A stretch of 64,000 nt of DNA, taken from assembly GCA_951406725.2 (NCBI GenBank), contig OX597817.1:131068001-131132000 (forward strand). The letters are read 5' to 3'. Position numbers and translations under genes: made by a program. Of the stretch, positions 58,704 through 64,000 are shown piece by piece. The DNA comes from Octopus vulgaris (Eukaryota). A model generated the notes under the pieces. The model was not told where the DNA came from, did not search any database, and worked only from the letters and a program-made list of their open reading frames with translations. The number at the start of each line of letters is the position of its first letter. The first letter of the stretch is position 1.

Positions 58704-58708
<5 letters not shown>
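57918..58708 (+). mobile_element. Retrozyme-like non-coding element: 5' inversion plus terminally redundant ~545-bp unit with one hammerhead
   Basis: 57999-58161 repeats directly at 58542-58707; 57918-57998 is the reverse complement of 58515-58595; (TA)n on both sides; no coding signal. Confidence 0.85.
58368..58444 (+). ncRNA. Type-I hammerhead ribozyme
   Basis: attgta-CTGATGA(58374)-ggct...ggcc-GAAAC-cgag-GTA-tgcaat. Confidence 0.9.
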
Positions 58709-58750
<42 letters not shown>

Positions 58751-58771
58751 CACACACACATATATATACAC

Positions 58772-58802
<31 letters not shown>

Positions 58803-59048
58803 AATATATAAAATCTTTTCTATCACTGTTTCCAATGCCTTCTCAAAAGTTTCGACGAAATAAGATCAAATTTTACATGGGAATACCAGGAGTTTTAGCA
58901 TGTACTTTTGGGGATTGAAACAATGCAGCATTGGCACTGGTTCCCTATTGCGTCTCAATACACAAAGAATAAAAGTGAAACCATTGACGGAGTAACAGTT
59001 ATAAATAGCTAAACTTTTATATTTTTGCTTCACCTTTAATGGTTTCAC

Positions 59049-59094
<46 letters not shown>

Positions 59095-59096
59095 TA

Positions 59097-59390
59097 GCCT
59101 CAAGCCGACCAAATCCTTGTGAATGGATTACGTACGCAGGAACGGAAACTACACTGTCGCATATATGAGTATATTTGTGTGTAGATGTATTTCTGTGTTC
59201 GTGCTTCCCACCGTCCTTTGACAACCGTTGTTGCGGTGTTTACGACTCCGTAACATAGCGGTTGGCCAAACTATACTGATAGAATACGCACTAGGTTTAG
59301 AAATAATAAATCCTGTGATCGCATTATTCGACTAAAGTCGGTACACCAGCATGGCCGCAGTCAAATGACAAAGAAGTAGAATAATAAAAG
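59097..59390 (+). mobile_element. SINE body and tail
   Basis: gcctcaagccgacc...gtaacatagcggtt...cagcatggccgcagtcaaatgac. Confidence 0.75.
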
Positions 59391-59442
59391 TCTATGCTAT
59401 TTTAATCTCGAGCCTGGTGTATATGCTAGTATATATACATAC

Positions 59443-59509
<67 letters not shown>

Positions 59510-59514
59510 CATAC

Positions 59515-59575
<61 letters not shown>

Positions 59576-59629
59576 CGTGGGTGTGTGGTAGAAGCTTACT
59601 GCCCACTCACATGCTTACGAGTTCAGTAC

Positions 59630-62251
59630 GAAACCGTAGTAGATTGGTCTACTCTTTTGTTGAATGAAAAGTTATGGGTCCGTAAGGATACTCCCAACGC
59701 GTTCGATGTGCCAATGGGAAGCTCAGATAGCGCCCAGGTGGCCAATTTGGTCGGAATCTATATTCTATATGAATTAGCCGACTAATTCCCGGACATATGC
59801 GGCGGTCTGTATCGAGACGATTGTCTTTTTTACCTACAGAATGCCCCTAACAGTAGGATACAGAAGACTAAAAATAGATTAGTTAGATTTTTCAGCAGGA
59901 TGGGCATGAGCATAATTTTTGACAACGAACTAACTAAGGCCAATTTCTTAGATGTTACCCTAAATTTGCATAATAATTCTTACTTCCCTTACCATAAGCC
60001 GTCTACGAACCTAAAATATGTCAGTATTTTCAGTAACCATGCAAAAACTATCACCGATAATTTGGTTAAAAATATATCCTTAAGACTATCTCAGTTATCT
60101 GCAAATGTCGACATTTTAAAACAGAAAGCAGAATTTTATAATGCCGCTTTGTCAAAAGCCGGTTATAGGGATAAGGTATCATATATCGATCCGGCCCATC
60201 CTAAACTAATATCTGCCCATCAAGATAAGATAACTTCTAATAATATTATAAATAACATAAATAGTGATTTCAGCTCTAGCAACGTCAACACAAATATATT
60301 TTACAATAATAACTTACGGACCAGGGGAGGCCAGCGTAAACCAAAACCCATTCTACAACACAGAAATATACCCTTTAATGTAAATGTCAACACTCTCAGC
60401 CATTCCAAGAACAAAAAAAAACTATATCTGGTTTGTGATTCCTTTCGGGAGACAAATCAGGTCTAATCTCCCTTTACAATTCCGTGAAGCCGTTACTAAG
60501 AATTTTCCTAGGAATTCTAGATACTACTCCACTATAAATTCGCATAAAGTAAGAATAGCATTCTCAAATACTAAAAATCTTTCGCAGATAATAGCTTCCC
60601 ACAATAATAAGCTGCTAAATAGGGTCTCTCCACCCATGAGTAGCGACACCGCCCTTACCCATTCCAACGTAACATACAATAATAATAATAATAGAAGTAG
60701 TATGGATATTAGTAACATTCATAGCAGCATTAGCGTTAGCAATAGTAATAATGATAATAACATTAGCCAGATTATTAACAGTGGTGGTGTTAGTGGTAAT
60801 AGTACCAGCATTCTTAATAACAGTTATATTATTGATGATAACAATCGCAGCATTCCTATAGCCAGGGAATTTGCCGACGATATTATAACTAATAGTAATG
60901 ATAATAAGATGAATAGTATCGTAGCCAAAACCAGCAACAATTTTTACACCTATCACAACAATAAAAACTCTGTCTTAGTATCGGAAACCAACCCCAACAG
61001 ATTAAAGTTCTTATCTAAAAATTCCAAAATTAGAAACACCACTTACCAATGCAAAATCTCTTCTGGAACCGATGTCTACTTCTATATTGGCGCAACCTCT
61101 TCTAAATTAGCCCAAAGAGTCTTCAACCATTATTCCACTTTCAGAGATAAGAGAAAGCAACACAGCACGGGGCTAAGCAAATTAGTCTGGCGTCTGAAGA
61201 ACAATAACACTACGTTCAAGCTCGAATGGTCCATTTTGTCGGTGTCCTTCCCGTTTGATAAAGGCAGAAAATTTTGTGGCATCTGTAATTCCGAACTTTT
61301 TCATATTTTGTTCGCCAAAGGCCCTTTAATAAACACAATCGTGGAAAGATCATACAGGTGCTTACACTGGAAAAGACACACCTTTCATTAATATAAATAG
61401 TGACTAATATAGATAACCACTCGAATTCCCCAAAATTTTTTTTGCTATATTTCACCCCAATAGTCAAAAAAGATTTTCTTATGTTCCTAATTACTACTAT
61501 CCATTCTTGCTTTGCCTCTCACCTCGCTCGATTCTTTCTCCCTTTCGCTATCTACTTTCCTTTCCCTACAGTAAACATAATCGAACACACAGATACAGAC
61601 CTTCCAACTCACAGCTGTCAGTTTTCTGACTTCTACCCATCCACAAACACAATCACGCATTCAGACACACACATACACACATTAAGACAGTTATATACAG
61701 TCACACACACAGGAATTCATTCACAAAAGAAATCATTTAAACCCACCATTCTTTTGACCTGCACTCTCTCACCTTACTATTCTTATGCCTCCCTCCTCCT
61801 ACTTCGTTTGAACTCTTGAACCTTTAGAAACTTCTAGATCCTTCTACATTCAGCCACTCTGACGACACCCATTATAAAGAGACACTCATTATCGCCATGG
61901 GCTCCTTGAGAGCGGTAAGCTAAAAGTTTTTTGTGCATTTTGATGTCGACATAAGTTTCCTTGATTTTCCTGAAGAGAAATCTGCATAATGTACTCCTTA
62001 TTTCTTCGAAATTAGGAATATGCAGCCTTCGAAACATATGTCGAGAATAAAGGATATTTGTTAACTAGTCGTTCAACTCCATTCTTTCATATACTTATAA
62101 TTTTAAAATAAACATACACATTTCCGCACGAAGACACGTAGTCTATGCCCTAGCGACGTAGCTTCAACCGTGTTCTTTCTGATGTGAATTTGCTACCCAG
62201 GTATCGGTTATCTTTCGAATTATCCTTAATAAGATAATTCATTCAATTACT

Positions 62252-62255
<4 letters not shown>
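59630..62255 (+). mobile_element. Neptune-like Penelope element, 5'-truncated (RT, Asn-rich linkers, GIY-YIG, pseudo-LTR)
   Basis: [28 protein letters not shown]; TYQC...FYIGAT...RVFNHYSTFR...TGLSKLVW; stop at 59783 and frameshift near 60420. Confidence 0.92.
61964..62048 (+). ncRNA. Type-I hammerhead ribozyme in the PLE 3' pseudo-LTR
   Basis: attttc-CTGAAGA(61970)-gaa..ctgcata...tatgcag..ttc-GAAAC-ATAT-GTC-gagaat; stem III palindrome ACATATGT. Confidence 0.9.
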
Positions 62256-62331
<76 letters not shown>

Positions 62332-62902
62332 AATATATATACACATATATATACACACATGCATATATATTTGTATATGTCTGTATGTATGTATATCTGC
62401 TAAAACAAACTCGGATTACACAAAGAAAATGAATTAGTGAGGAAATGGTGCTACAGTTCTTACAGAACCCTCTGGATACTCGGAGTAACTGCATAACGTT
62501 GGGAGATTGTATCCAACAAAAATCTACAACCAGTAATGGAATAAAATAATCGTTGGTAAAATCCAAAGCCTCCTTCATCAGGGTGAAGGTAAGGGATAGG
62601 TAAGGGTTGATAGATAAACACCAAAACTCGATTCTGTTTGTGTATCTGAACCGTGTTTATCTTATCTGCTGATTTGGATACCCCTGATAGCCAAACTGTA
62701 TCTTCATGATTTCGTCCTCCGCAAAATATCCAGACGTAAAGTTTAATCATTTGAGTGCTACAATGTGTTTTCCATGTTGAGAGTCAGTTAACTCTCTCTC
62801 TCACTCTCTCTCTATCTCATTCTTTCTGTGCCACTCCCTTTTTGCATACATATTTGTGTGTGTGTGATTGTATATGCATGTATATGTATGTATATATATA
62901 TC

Positions 62903-64000
62903 TCTCTTCCCCGTCTGTCTTGATAGACAATGGGTTGCGCCAAGGGTGGGGCCTACTTTGATGATGAGCAGCGTCTGCTGTGACTGAACAGTCCAATTCT
63001 AGAGTGGCAGTCCTTGGTACAGTTGCTGCACACGAACATCGATGGGTACGTGTGGGGTGTTGCTGCAGTTGTCCTCCTCCTGTCCCGCCTGTCCAACCAC
63101 AATTGTGCTCTCCTTTCCTCAGCCATGGAAACGCCTTTCCTCACCGTCCGACGCCAGGCAGAGCGGTCAGCAGCTGTTTCCTCCCACGTGTCCACACAGA
63201 TGTTGGCAGTCCTCAGGTCGCGCTTGCACACATCCCTGTATCGTAGCTGTGGACGTCCCTTGGGTCGGGACCCCGTGGTGAGTTCGCTGTACAGGATGTC
63301 ATTAGGCATGCGACCGTTCTATATGCGGCAGACGTGTCCGAGCCAGCGCAGTCGTCTCCGCACGAGGAGGGCATGCATGCTTGGCATATTAGTCTGTTCT
63401 AGGATGACTCCGTTTGGTACTCGGTCCTTCCAGGAGATGCCAAGGATCCGTCGAAGACACCGCATGTGGAAGCCGCTGAGGCGGCATTCCTGCCGGGTGT
63501 ATGTTGTCCAGCTCTCGCTGCCGTAGAGTAGGGTGCTCAGCACGCAGGCTCGGTACACTGCGATCTTGGTGGTTATTGTGAGCATGTTGTTTTCCCACAC
63601 TCTCCTGGAGAGCTTAGCCATGGCAGCAGCAGCCTTCCCAATCCGTCTGTTCAGCTCCGGCTCGAGGGACAGGCTGCTGGAGACCGTCGATCCCAGGTAA
63701 GTGAACTCGTTCACCACCTGCAAGCTGTGGTCGCCGACACTGATGCTGGGGACCCCTCCGACGTTCTGGCCCATGATCTCTGTCTTTTTCAGGCTGATGG
63801 TAAGGCCGAACTCTTGGCAGGCATCCGCCAGGGAGCTGACCAGCCTCTGGAGACCTGGTTGGTTGTGTGATGTTAGGGCGGCATCGTCAGCAAAGAGGAT
63901 CTCTCTGATCAGCACCTGACAGACTTTGGTCTTAGCTCTGAGGTGCGCAAGATTGAACAATCCACCATCAGCCCTGGTGTGGAGGAACACTCCGTCGTCG
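62903..64000 (-). mobile_element. RTE (BovB-like) LINE 3' part, continues past the window
   Basis: LFADDAAL, FGLTISLKKT, FTYLGS, RLRWLGHV, RPKGRP, CSNCTKDCHSRIGLFSHSRRC; one in-frame stop at 63319-63321. Confidence 0.95.

Noticed and set aside
62465-62590. Minus-strand CTGATGA-aggag...ctcc-GAGT possible hammerhead; also a candidate plus-strand terminal exon after ttcttacag
   Set aside because: The GAAA core and stem III are missing; the exon has a weak acceptor and no Ig-like continuation

Overview
Eukaryotic, repeat-saturated genomic DNA; the (TA)n/(CA)n/(TAA)n load and SINE/LINE repertoire suggest a coleoid cephalopod such as Octopus (inference). Most of the six-frame ORFs are microsatellite artefacts. 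Real content: (1) four in-frame exons of a plus-strand gene for a signal-peptide-bearing protein with atypical Ig-like domains (28136-57232, running out of the window), plus a diverged duplicate of its Ig exon 40 kb upstream; (2) retroelements of four groups: Penelope-like (PLE), CR1/L2-like (one apparently intact copy whose ORF1 has Myb-like and CCCH domains), R4/Dong-like in (TAA)n arrays, and RTE; (3) an IR/DR Tc1 element, a non-autonomous Helitron and tRNA-derived SINEs. The strongest hidden signal is a set of about 14 type-I hammerhead ribozyme motifs from about 9 unrelated sequence families. Most sit in non-coding fold-back elements inserted in (TA)n, and one lies in a ~545-bp terminally redundant retrozyme-like unit.
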